Shown here: in pieces, positions 25,611 through 37,777 of the stretch
Layout: every line of letters begins with the position of its first letter
Numbering within the stretch: position 1 is the stretch's first letter
Origin: Octopus vulgaris
Taxonomy: Eukaryota
Length of the DNA: 64,000 bases
Direction: 5' to 3'
Assembly (NCBI GenBank): GCA_951406725.2
Contig: OX597831.1
Span: 25,668,001 to 25,732,000 of the forward strand
Translations under genes and position numbers: made by a program
Notes under the pieces: generated by a model
Told to the model about the DNA's origin: nothing
Seen by the model: only the letters and a program-made list of their open reading frames with translations
Databases searched by the model: none

Positions 25611-27172
25611 CGGAACATTTATTTATACTAAATTAATTAATTTATTTACTCTTGAATTCCGGGTATTCTTTTAGCCTGTAATCCCCTATATGCAACACAC
25701 ACACATATACTGAATAACTAAATCCATTTAAATTGAATTTGTGTGTAGGTGTATGTGCATGTGTGTGCATGTATGCATTTGATGTGAGATGATGGGAAAG
25801 AAAAAGATACTGAACTTCCATTTATGTATCACATTTCATCCTTGAGAGTAAATGTATTCTTTCTTTTGTCATGAAGAAAATTCAGCTTCACACTTCCTTA
25901 GAAAAGTAAAGTTTTACACTATGACACATAGTAAAGAAATGGTAATAATAATAATGTTGATAATAATAATGATGATGATGATGATGATGATGAAGTCCAT
26001 TTTGCTGGGTTCTTTTTTTTAAATATACATGAACTTTAAAATGTCATCAATTTCTTCTTTTTTTTTTTTTTTTTTTGATACATTTTGTCATTTCTTCACA
26101 TTTCCTCAAATTCTTTCACTGGTATTAAATGCTGACACAGGTGAGTCTTACATTCACTTAAAAAAAAAAAGAGAATAAAAGTTTTTAAATTTGTCTTTTT
26201 TTTTTTTGAAGGCATTTAAACTAGTTCAAATGATTATATATGCATTTTTCTCTCCTGGCTGATACTGTAAAATAACTCTTGGTGCAATTTTATATCTATG
26301 TTTTTTGGGTTTTTTCAAAAAGAAGATAAATAAAAGTACCCAAAATACAACTAATATTTCACTTTATCGAAGACTTTGCTGAAGCTTTTATAAAATTTTT
26401 TTGTATTTTATTTGATTCGGTTATCTCATTTTATTGATTGACTAATAAATGTATTTATAAATCTATTAGTTAAAGCAGTTGACACCTGCCACTCACAAGG
26501 TCTTTTTCATACTCCCAAGCAACAAAACCTTTTCATTTTTCTCTTTATAACTGAAACTCTTCCAGGTGTAGATGTAATTAAAGTTATATCTGGAGGGGAT
26601 CAAAATTAACAGATATTGACAGATATGTGGAAGGACGAAATCCCAAAACCTAGTTTCCAGTGAAAAATGTGCATATAGTAATTATATCATAAACCATATT
26701 CTAAAACTACCGCTGTTACTCAATTTTTAATGGGTAAATTGGGCAAAACAATAATAGTGTATAAAAGATATGAAGAGAGGTGACCCAAAAGGGTTAGAGC
26801 CACTTTTTTAACTTACTGAGTCTGAAGGAAGTGGGAGTGCCCATGACCTGAGCAGGACCTCTGGGATAAGTGAAATTGATGCAATTAATGTTCTGTTTAA
26901 ATTGTTTGATCCATTACCTGTAGGAGATATGCGAGCAGGTATGAAAATTCCAGAGGACAGATATTCTAGGAAGGAAGAACTTCTCATTGGCCTTGGACTA
27001 ATCAAGGAACCCTAGAGTTTCTTGATTCTCTAACTACCAAAATACATCTCTCCATGCTGCATTTCGCAGTCTACAGTGACATGCTGTGAGTAGAATCATC
27101 CCTAGGCACAAAGTGTTAGATATTTGGGTAGGAACACATAATTAATTACATCAGCTTTAGTACACCATCTCT

Positions 27173-27596
27173 ATTACTCTTTTACTTGTTTGAGTCATTT
27201 GCTGTGACCATGCTGGAGCACTGCCTTTAGTCGAGCAAATCGACCCCAGGACTTATTCTTTGTATGCCTAGTACTTATTCTATCAGTCTCTGTTGCTGAA
27301 CTGCTAAGTTACGGGGACGTAAACACACCAGCATCGGTTGTCAAGTGATGTCGGGGGGGGGGGGACAAACACAGACACACAAACATACACACACACACAC
27401 ACACACACATACACACACACACATATATATATACGATGGGCTTCTTTCAGTCTCGGTCTACCAAATCCACTCACAAGGCTTTGGTCGACTTGAGGCTATA
27501 GTAGAAGATACTTATCCTAGGTGCCACACAGTGGGACTGAACCGAGAACCATGTAATTCGTAAGGAAGCTACTTACCACACAGCCACTCCTACGTC
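27173..27596 (-). mobile_element. Group B SINE
   Basis: Full-length copy. Confidence 0.88.
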
Positions 27597-27784
27597 TTTC
27601 TATCTATATATTTTTCCCCATCTCATCATTGTTAAATGGCATCAACGCTTCTTGGGATTCAAAATTAAGAATGTAAAGTAATTATGTTCACCTAAAAAGT
27701 CAGAAAAAATTTGTCTGTTGAAATCTCAGTAAAGTGGATTAATAGGATCCATTGAGTAAATGGATTAGTAGGATCTATAGAGTA

Positions 27785-28105
27785 AGCCCGTGGCTTAGTG
27801 TTTAGGGTATTCAGCTCAGGGTCATAAGGTTATGAGTTCGATTCCTGATGGTGAATTGTGTCCTTGGGTAAGACATTTTATTTGACATTGCTCCAGTTCA
27901 CTCAGCTGGCAAAAATGAGCTGTACCAGTAATTCAAAGGGCCAACATTGACACATTCTGTGTCAAGCTGAATCTCTCTCTGAGAACTATGTTAGGAGTAC
28001 GTGTGCCTGTGGAGTACTCAGCCACTCCCACGTTAATTTCACAAGCAGGCTATTCCATTCAGCAGATCAACTAGAACCCTTATTGCCATAAATGGCAGTG
28101 TGCCA
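27785..28105 (+). mobile_element. Group C SINE (tail 2)
   Basis: TGGCTTAGTG..GAGTTCGATTCC (A/B boxes) and the C core, with a tail shared with 37400-37725. Confidence 0.8.
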
Positions 28106-28566
28106 AAGTAAAGGATAAAATGCCTTTAATTTTATACTTTTATGTTGAATTCAGATTTTTCTTATGGTAACCTTACATCACATCCTTCAAGGGTTGATAA
28201 AATAAGAACTAGCTGAGTATTAGAAGCAATCTAATAAGCTACGTCCCTCTCACTAAAATCTTGAAACCTTAAGCATATGTTAGAAGTTATTAGTGGCATT
28301 TCTACTGTATTCTAATCTATTTGATCTCAGATTGTTATTAGATGATTAGTTCATTGATGTTTGTTCAACACCGGACCAGATGGGAACTTCACTTGCTAAA
28401 CTAAGTGTAACGAGAGTCTAATCACGGGCATATGATGTAGTGGTTAAGAGCATGGGCTAGTAACCCCAAGATTCCGAGTTTGATTCTAAGCAGTGACCTG
28501 AACAACAACAATAATAACATTGAAAAATACCTTAGGAATGAAAACCCAGGTTCGAAATATCCCCAA

Positions 28567-28612
28567 AACACCTGATCAAGGCTGGAGGGTATATCAGCTG
28601 AAACATTGGGTT
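28567..28612 (+). ncRNA. Minimal type I hammerhead motif, copy 1 (degenerate)
   Basis: AACAC CTGATCA A GGCTGG..TCAGCT GAAAC ATT GGGTT. Confidence 0.6.
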
Positions 28613-28730
28613 AACAACAAACAAGATGAGGACATATATCTATCAAATGTAAATAATGTACACAATTCCTCATCTCTTAAATATCGAAAAATACCTTAGG
28701 AATGAGAACCCAGGTTTGAAATTTCCCCGA

Positions 28731-28775
28731 AACACCTGATGAAGGCAGGAGGGTAAATCAACCGAGACGTTAACA
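28731..28775 (+). ncRNA. Minimal type I hammerhead motif, copy 2 (degenerate)
   Basis: AACAC CTGATGA A GGCAGG..TCAACC GAGAC GTT. Confidence 0.55.
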
Positions 28776-29270
28776 GGTAACAAGATGAGGACAAATATCC
28801 ATCAAATGAAAACAATGTACATAATTCCTCATCTCTTAAATATAGAACTGTAGTCTTTAATCAAGTTGGGCACTTCTGTTTTAGTTCACAAATACAGGCT
28901 TCTACTTTAAATCCAGTGTAAACCTAGTCTGGCATTAATCCTGGGGGAGGAAAAGACATCTGGTGAGGATGAGAAATGAAACCAAACACAGCAACATTTG
29001 TGTAAACGTAAATATTTGAAAACTGTTCCATATGTAACGATGAGGTTAATATATCCAAACCTTCCTTAATGTTATTAGCGATAACTCATCTCAGGCATTT
29101 AGACATCAGAATTAACGATACATCTGTTGCTGCTGTCTACTGATACCAGTTTAATTACATCCTATTTCTGCCTTGAAGCATCAAACCTAAACTAATAATT
29201 AGATGGTTTCAAAACGGTAGTGGTGGTGGTGGTGGTGGCAGCGGTAGTGGCGGCGGCAGCTTTATTATTG

Positions 29271-29308
<38 letters not shown>

Positions 29309-30021
29309 GTTATTATTATTATTGTTATAACTGTCATTACTCTTGTTGTCTTACTTTCTATTTCATATTTTTAATCTGTTCTTCCAGTTTCTTATTCTCC
29401 TGCTCTTCCTCTGCTTCCTTCTTTTCTTCCTCCACCTACCAGTATCTATCATCATCATCATCTCTCTCTCTTTCTCTTCCTCTATCTCTCTCTCTCTTTC
29501 TCTTCCTCTATCTCTCTCTCTCTTTCTCTTCCTCTATCTCTCTCTCTTGTTTTCTCTCCCCCCCTCTCTCTCTCTCTCTATTAATCTTCCAGAATATAAC
29601 CCCCTCCATTAATCCACCAGTGCACTGTATCAGGGGTCAACCAGTCAACCAGTTCTCAGTGATTCCATTCTCTCTCTAGTTAGAAACATTAAGTCAGTTG
29701 TGATATTAATTTTAATTACATGTTTCATTAATAACTCAGCGATAATTAGATGTTCTCTATTGTCTGTTTAACCCCCACCTCAAATAGAGAGAGACACACA
29801 CACAGACATTGTGATAATAAACGATATTTTCCTGTTTCCTGTTTCCTGAAATCATTGGAATTACATCCCTTGGTGAATGGTGTTGTTATTGCTGTAGACA
29901 ATGGCAATGCCATCATACTCAACAACATATTGTTCTTTTATGCATGATTATTCTTTCTTAGAACTCCCAGAAGTCTTGAGTATTCATGGTACTCTTCAGT
30001 ATTCTGGGTACTCCTGATATC

Positions 30022-30214
30022 TTTTATTTTTTACTTGTTTCAGTCATTTGACTGTGGCCATGCTGGAGCACTACCTTTAGTCGAGCAAATCGACCCCAGG
30101 ACTTATTCTTTGTAAGCCTAGTACTTATTCTATCGGTCTCTTTTGCCGAACCACTAAGTTACGGGAATGTAAACACACCAGCATCAGTAGTCAAGCGATG
30201 TTGGGGGGATACAG

Positions 30215-30282
<68 letters not shown>

Positions 30283-30440
30283 GACAGGGCTTCTTTCAGT
30301 TTCCGTCTACCAAATCCACTCACAAGGCTTTGGTCAACCCGAGGCTATAGTAGAAGACACTTGCCCAAAGTGCCATGCAGTGGGACTGAACCCAGAACCA
30401 TGTGGCAGGTAAGCAAGATACTTTCCACACAGCCACTCCT
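30022..30440 (-). mobile_element. Group B SINE
   Basis: Full-length copy. Confidence 0.88.
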
Positions 30441-30449
30441 AACAACAAT

Positions 30450-30830
30450 AACTGACAGAATCATTAGCATGTCAGACAGTATCTTTAGTGGCAATTCCTC
30501 TGTCTCTTTATGTACCAAATTCAGATACTGCTGAGGCCTTTGCCATTCATCCTTTCAAGATCAATAAATTACCGATCAAATACTGGATTCAGTGTACTTA
30601 ACTTGCCCTCTTCCCTCAAAACTGCTGGCTTTGCATCAAAATAAGAAAGAATTATTATTGTTGGTGCTGTTAATAGTTGATTGGCAGAATTAGTGAAGCA
30701 GTGAACAGAATACCTTGTGATGTTTAATTACTTCCATTAATCTTAGGATTCAAACACAGCAAGGTTGGATTTATCTTTCATCCATTGGCAGTCAATAGGA
30801 TTAAGCTCTGGTCAAAAACTGGGCATGATC
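30450..30830 (+). mobile_element. Two old, degenerate group A SINE copies
   Basis: CTGACAGAATCATTAGCATG..TTTGCCATTCATCCTTTC and TTGGCAGAATTAG..ATCTTTCATCC. Confidence 0.5.
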
Positions 30831-32344
30831 TTAAGAGACTTCACACTTTCTTTCTCTAATAATTTAAGTTATTAGGTTTATGACTCATGGTTCAAGAAAT
30901 AAATTGTAACTTTCCTTTCTTGATACCAAACTTACATACATCTTAGAGATCCTGTTTTAAAGGTAAGCAAGGTTAACATGAATGTACAATGGGAAATGGA
31001 CAAAGAGTATTCAGGGTTAACAAAAGGATATTAATAAATGCTGAATGAGAAAACCTTGTGTTTATAGAGCTAGTCCTATTTTCTGGAATATGTCTGTGTT
31101 TCTCTAAGGAATTTGTCATTGCCCTTATTAAAATGCCGGTGTATCTATCCAACTATAACCATCCTTAATATCATACGTTAACTTTGATAGGTTTCGACCA
31201 GTATAGGCTCAGGCCATGTCTAACTTAATAGCACCACCTGGTGAAATCTTTTCCTTATATATGGGGCACCATGGCCTACTCTAGCAAAGATTTATTATTG
31301 TTGGAGACATATCCAGGTGTAGGAGGTTGGTCCAGGTTTTTTTGAGAAATTTGTCCAGAGAACTTTTGAATTTTATGGGGTCCATTTTGAGGTATTTTGC
31401 TATAATATTAAAGAGAGCTGGACTGGTTTAGGTAAAGTAGTTGTGTTATAATGTTGTTATGTGTCCTGCGTTCGATTTTTGTAATGGATGGATAGCAGGT
31501 GGCGCTAAGACGTGGGTGGATTTTAAAATTGATGCCAACATCATTTGTGAAGTATTGATGGAATGTTTTCCAGACACATTACTTATCTACAGACATATTT
31601 TTAATTCGATTGCTAGGTTGGTATATTTTCTAAAACTTTTCTTCTCATTTGTGCACATTATCATCACCATCATTATCATCATCATCATCATCATCCTCAT
31701 CATCATCATCAGGAGAAGCATCGATTACAGCAACATCTTCAAAGTGTGGAGTGGCAGAATTCATAGAGCAAAGCATTTTTCTGACTCCTTTCATTCTGAT
31801 CTCAAATCTCGGCAAGGTCGACTTTGCCTTTTTTTTTTTCCTTTTTTTTTTGTTTTTGTTTTTGATGAAATAAAATTCAAGCAAAGTATTAAGTCTAGTG
31901 TAACTGACTAACCACACTTCTAAAAAAATTGCTAGACTCATGCCTAAATCAGAAACCTCTATTGTTATAGTCATGGTTGTTGTTGCAAGAATTCATTTTT
32001 GATGAGGATTTTATTAGATAGCAATTGGGTTTTCCAATTCTCCCATGGTTCTGGAGAAAATGCTAGAAATCAGTGCAGTATAATATTTTGTGGATCAGTT
32101 CATGAAGGCAAGCTCTCCAAGTTATGGGACATCATTTATAAGGTAAACTAAACATTGTGCATACCACAGTTTTCTGTGACAACTCATCACATAATTGTAA
32201 GTAGAATCCTTTCATGAAAGCCGTTTAATTTGTTTTATAAGTTTTTTGTTTGTGTATTTTCTCCTTTTATTGCTGTTGTGTTAGGCTTCAGTATTTTATT
32301 CCCGAAGATTTGTTATCATGAACACAAAACAGCATTTACTTTTT

Positions 32345-32423
<79 letters not shown>

Positions 32424-32645
32424 GTATATATACATGTATATATATATATGTATATATATATATATGTATATATATACGTATATATATATACATATATGTA
32501 TATATATGTATATATATATATATGTATGACTTTATTGTGTGTATGCTATTGATTTAATTGATTCTGACAATATCATCTACAATAATATCAACATCATTTT
32601 TAACAACATTGAACTGTTTGGCAGATTTTTTATTATTATTATTAC

Positions 32646-32676
<31 letters not shown>

Positions 32677-33009
32677 TCTCTTTTTCATGTAGGTGTGCTG
32701 CACACAGATATATGTCTAACCTTATTTCATATAACTCTCTACATAAATCTGATTACTTGATATGTCAGAAAACTTAATTAAATTTACAAGAATTTATTTT
32801 TTTCCAGTTATTTTTTTTCCAAATTTATTTATTTATTTTTTTTTTTTATTAATGTGAGAATACACTTGTGCATAGTGGGCTGTTATGTATTATCTTTCTT
32901 TCAGTGAAAACATATGTCTTGACAATATTTCCAGAGCGGTAGAGCTACTTTTAAGACTATAAAAATACCTCACTATAATACCCTTGTTCAATATATACCT
33001 TAGTCAAGG

Positions 33010-33220
33010 TGTTGAGCTTGCAGAATTGTTAACATGATGGGTGAAATGCTTAGTGGCATTTCATCCGTTTCCACTTTCTGAGTTCAAATTCCACCAAGGT
33101 CCACTCTGCTTTTCATCCTTTCAGGTTCGATAAAATAAATACCAGTTGTGTATTGGGGGTAATGTAATCACCTTACCCCTTCCTCAAACATGCAGGCCTT
33201 GTGCAAAAATTTGAAACCAA
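33010..33220 (+). mobile_element. Group A SINE (tail type 2)
   Basis: GAGCTTGCAGAATTGTTAAC..GAGTTCAAATTCC..GGCCTTGTGC. Confidence 0.75.
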
Positions 33221-33720
33221 TTTGTACCTTACTTGCCTGTGTTCAAATCTTCTGTTTCTTTGTTTCACCGGCTTTCTAGTTGTGATGAAAGATCTCTAGA
33301 GAAACATACAGCAAGCATATCTACTTTATATTACTTCCATTTCTGCTGTTATCAACCAGTTTTCAGTTATACAGAGAGCACACTGCATACCAGCAGTAGT
33401 CATGACAAGTGTTAACTGTCACACTGAGTTCCATACAACTCTGACTACCACACCATGCCTCCATACAGCTCTGATTGCCACATTGTACATCCATAATTTG
33501 CTGCTAATCTTGAGGTGGATCTGCAGGCTTTTAAGATATGGGGGAAGAAGTGGTTAGCAATTTCAACCTTGCCAATGTCTTTCAGTGCAAAATGAGATCC
33601 CTATCCTCCTTTCATTATAGGTCAGAGATATCATATGGTGAGACAATCAAACCACTTGAGGAAAGGTCTTCTTTTGAGTCCCTAATTTCATTGATAAAAA
33701 TTGTCTGGAGTATATATTGT

Positions 33721-33847
33721 TATTAGTAATAGAGTATGGAGACTTGTACACCCACAAAATTTATTCTATAGTTGTATACAGCATGCTGTATATAGCTATA
33801 AAATAATTTTGTGGATGTACAAGTCTCCATAATCTTTATTATTAATA
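33721..33847. repeat. About 127-bp loopless imperfect palindrome
   Basis: TATGGAGACTTGTACA / TGTACAAGTCTCCATA and flanking arms, centred on CAGCATGCTG. Confidence 0.9.
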
Positions 33848-33867
33848 ATATTTCTCAGAGGTCACTA

Positions 33868-34037
33868 CATTCACGGAGTGGTTGGCATTAGGAAGGCCAT
33901 CCAGCTGTAGAAACTTTGCCAGATGAGATTGGAGCCTGGTGCCACCTTCTGGCTGGCCAGTCCTCAGTCAAACCATCCAAACCATGCCAGCATGGAAAGC
34001 GAACATTAAACAACGACGACGACGATGATGATGATGA
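33868..34037 (+). mobile_element. Group D retroposon
   Basis: GGTTGGCATTAGGAAGGCCATCCAGCTGTAGAAAC followed by a (GAC)n(GAT)n tail. Confidence 0.8.
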
Positions 34038-34047
34038 TATATATATG

Positions 34048-34084
<37 letters not shown>

Positions 34085-35009
34085 GTATGTATGAATGTAT
34101 ATAAATAGATAGATAGATACATACATACATACATATATATATGTATGTATGTATATAAATAGATAGATAGATACATACATACATACATACATATATATGT
34201 ATGTATGTATATAAATAGATAGATAGATACATACATACATACATATATGTAAGTATATAGATGCACACACACATACATCTATATTTTTTCTTACACAACA
34301 ATTAATATGATATCAATTAAATGACCAACAAAACAGCCAGAAAATGACTGCAGTGTTATTCTGTGGGGAATGCTTGAGACAGGCAGTAGGTGCGTGTGGC
34401 AATTAACTGTGGGCATTCTTGCAAAACCATGGTCAGGAGTCAGATATAGGTCATTGATAGCGAAACTGCTAATGAACATAGGACACTGACAATGGAACAG
34501 GATATACGGTGCATACATTATCGTGCAAACAATAGTGGTGGTAGTGGAGGTGATAATGATGATGATGATGATGACAACAAAGCTGATAGTGAGGCTGCTG
34601 GCAGAAATAAATGATAGCTATATGTGAGTCGGTATCTTAGTTGTTCTATTATCTTCAAATCATTTTTAAAGTAACATAATTACACAGCTATTAGAGGAAC
34701 AGTCGCCATCGTAGTGGATCAACCAGTGCAACATCATCACTGACAACAAAGACTCTCGACTCACGTTATCTTTGTGTCTGGTCGAAATAAGTGCAATGAA
34801 GATGTGTACTTGGCTGTATAGGCAGCTGTTGGTAGGATCAGGTTCTTCACTGTGGGGACTGAGTACACATCTTTTTATCCCACTGCTCACACTGGGCAGG
34901 TTGTTCTCGACCAAACTAAAAAGTTCCCTCCGATGGCTCCAAATACAAACCCATCAGGGCACACTCGGGGAAACAGTGTAAATATTTTCCTTCAGTGTAC
35001 ATACAATGT

Positions 35010-35238
35010 TACTCTCTTTTACTCTTTACTCTTTTACTTGTTTCAGTCATTTGACTGCGGCCATGCTGGAGCACCACCTTTAATCGAGCAACTTGACCCC
35101 AGGACTTATTCTTTGTAAGCCCAGTACTTATTCTATCAGTCTCTTTTGCCGAACCGCTAAGTGACAGGGACATAAACACACCAGCATCGGTTGTCAAGCA
35201 ATGCTAGGGGGACAAACACAGACACATAAACATACACG

Positions 35239-35280
<42 letters not shown>

Positions 35281-35441
35281 TATGACGGGCTTCTTTCAGT
35301 TTCTGTCTACCAAATCCACTCACAAGGCTTTGGTCGGCCTGAGGCTATAGTAGAAGACACTTGCCCAAAGTGCCATGCAGTGGGACTGAACCCAGAACCA
35401 TGTGGTTGGTAAACAAGCTACTTACCACACAGCCACTCCTG
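35010..35441 (-). mobile_element. Group B SINE
   Basis: Full-length copy. Confidence 0.88.
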
Positions 35442-36403
35442 CATCTATTTACTTTTCATTTTTGGATTTGGTTTGCAAGATTCTTTATGTGAGTTCGTGT
35501 GTTCCAGCATATTCTGTTGTGTCTGGGGAGAGTCATTTTCTTTTTGTGCCTTATAATTCAACTCAATCACCGATAAAATTTCCACAAAAAGAAAATGACT
35601 CTCCCCAGACACAACAGAAGTTACGTTTACTGTTACAGTTAATATTTCAGTAAAGTGGGGCTAACAAAGTTGCTGGACTTATTTAATGTCTCAGTCTGGG
35701 CCACCGTTGAGAAACTCGGCACAAACCTTTAAAATTGACCCAACACTTTGAGTCTTAAAATGTAGGGTACAATACTATGTAGAGGGCTATCACAGTATGC
35801 AACTATGACACTGAGGACACTATAGTATTTAGAATATTATAGAGTTTAAGGGGCTTCATCATTAATATATTTTTGTTTGTAGAGTACCATGGCAACTGAA
35901 CTATAGTATTTAGGGTACTATAATATTTGGGCTACTATGCAAAATAACTGCAGCTAAAGCATTTACCACACAATTGTGTATGGCACAAAATAATATACCC
36001 GTCATCTAGGGTGTTGAAGCAGTTGATTGTTATCATTCTGTGAAATATTCCCTTGCAGTGAATCAGCACAAGAATATTTGAGTCTGTGGCACAACAATTA
36101 CAAGGTCTAGATTAACACAAGGCTTGAACTCAGAAACTTTTTATTTGTAACCCAACCCTTTATGACATACTAGCCACTGCTGGAATCCAGATTCAATGTA
36201 TTTTACAAATGACAAGGATCTTCAGGAACCAAGGACCTCCTTTCAGTTTTTTCAATATCAAATGGATAAGAGATATATCTTCCCTGCTTCTAACCCTGAG
36301 ATACCTACTGAAAATGCAAAAGGGTTTCATACAATGTGATAGCTTAAAGTAGCTCTAGCAATTTCTGCCTCAGGCAAAGCATCTTTGACACTTATTTCAC
36401 TTT

Positions 36404-36446
<43 letters not shown>

Positions 36447-36668
36447 TAGATAAATATATATATAAATAAGATAAAAAAATATAATAATGATTAATAAAGC
36501 CCATCTTTTATCAATTCAATAATGAAAAATTAAATTATACCATTTAGAAAAAATTATATATTATAGAAAGATTAAATATAAGATAAAAAAAATATATCAA
36601 TGATTAAGAAATGTGCAAGTAATATGAGGGAATAGTATTCCTTCATATTATATATATATATATATATA

Positions 36669-36804
36669 ATAAAACGTATAAATAGATCACAAAAAGTACA
36701 AAACGTGAATAAACAATATATAAGTAACATAATTACGTAGTCTTTATACTTATATATTGTTTATTCATTTTTTGTACATTTTGTGATCTAGTTATATGTT
36801 TTAT
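36669..36804. repeat. Inverted repeat, about 58-bp arms and 20-nt spacer
   Basis: TGAATAAACAATATATAAGTA / TACTTATATATTGTTTATTCA and TAGATCACAAAA / TTTTGTGATCTA. Confidence 0.85.
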
Positions 36805-36972
36805 AATATATTTTATTTGTTATTTATGTTTTGGTTTATGTCTATCATTGTTTGAATTACATAATAGTGGTTTTTCTCTAATTTATATATATATATTATA
36901 TATATATATTGTGAAATTTGATTTAATACTAAATTGAATTTTTCCCTCTAAGTTTGGAGTTATAGTCCTTAA

Positions 36973-37335
36973 TATTATTATTATTATTATTGAGTGAGCG
37001 AGCAGAGCATGCCATCGAAGTGACACTGGGGTAAAATATACGAAGCCCAGTATACCCATCATGACTACCCGTCTGATAAGGGTACACCAGGCACATGCAT
37101 CACAACCATATGTGCGCGACATGGTGATCTCATATCAAGATAAACAGCTCATGACCTTGCAGGTGGAGCCCAGTTAGAATTTTCTTCAGATCGAGTAACC
37201 CATCCCGCTCAAAAGGTCCCTGAATAAGGCTTGTTTAAGGATGTTGAACGAAACACCCATGTTTCCAGAGGTGAATTATTCAAACCCCAAAGAATCCTTC
37301 TCAACACATGGCTATGATGCTCCCCCACTACTATC

Positions 37336-37359
<24 letters not shown>
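36973..37359 (-). mobile_element. Group E retroposon 3' end embedded in (TAA)n
   Basis: Matches 16328-16667, with (TTA)n on both sides. Confidence 0.75.
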
Positions 37360-37399
<40 letters not shown>

Positions 37400-37725
37400 G
37401 AAGGCACATGGCTTAGTGTATAGGGTATTCAGCTCGTGATCATAAGGTAATGAGTTCAATTCCTGGTGGTGTATTGTGTTCTTGAACAAGACACTTTATT
37501 TCACACTGCTCCAGTCCACTCACCTGGCAAAAATGAGTTGTACCTGTATTTCAAAGGGCCAGCCTTGTTACATTCTGTGTCTTGCTGGATCTCTCTGAGA
37601 ACTACATTTAGGGTACATGTGTCTGAGGAGTACTCAGCCACTTGCACGTTAATTTCAAGAGCCAGGCTGTTCCATCGATCAGATCAACTGGAACCCTCGT
37701 TGTCGTAAGTGATGGAGTGTCATTG
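37400..37725 (+). mobile_element. Group C SINE (tail 2)
   Basis: Colinear with 27785-28105. Confidence 0.8.
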
Positions 37726-37740
37726 CTAGTATTATATATA

Positions 37741-37777
<37 letters not shown>

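Larger units (their letters stand above)
28425..28851 (+). mobile_element. tRNA-headed element with two tandem 164-nt hammerhead-bearing units
   Basis: tRNA-like head at 28425-28500 (TGATGTAGTGGTTAAGAGC, loop CTAGTAA, GAGTTTGATTC), repeats at about 28519-28682 and 28683-28842, and a candidate TSD AGTCT(TT)AATCA. Confidence 0.75.

Noticed and set aside
27345-27563. Recurrent peptide ..GLLSVSVYQIHSQGFG..EDTCPRCH (also 45660, 54547, 63524)
   Set aside because: It is the antisense translation of group B SINE copies, not a gene family.
28425-28500. Functional tRNA gene (Thr-like loop CTAGTAA)
   Set aside because: The acceptor and T stems pair poorly and the sequence continues into the repeat body. 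Like the A/B/C heads, it is treated as a SINE promoter region.
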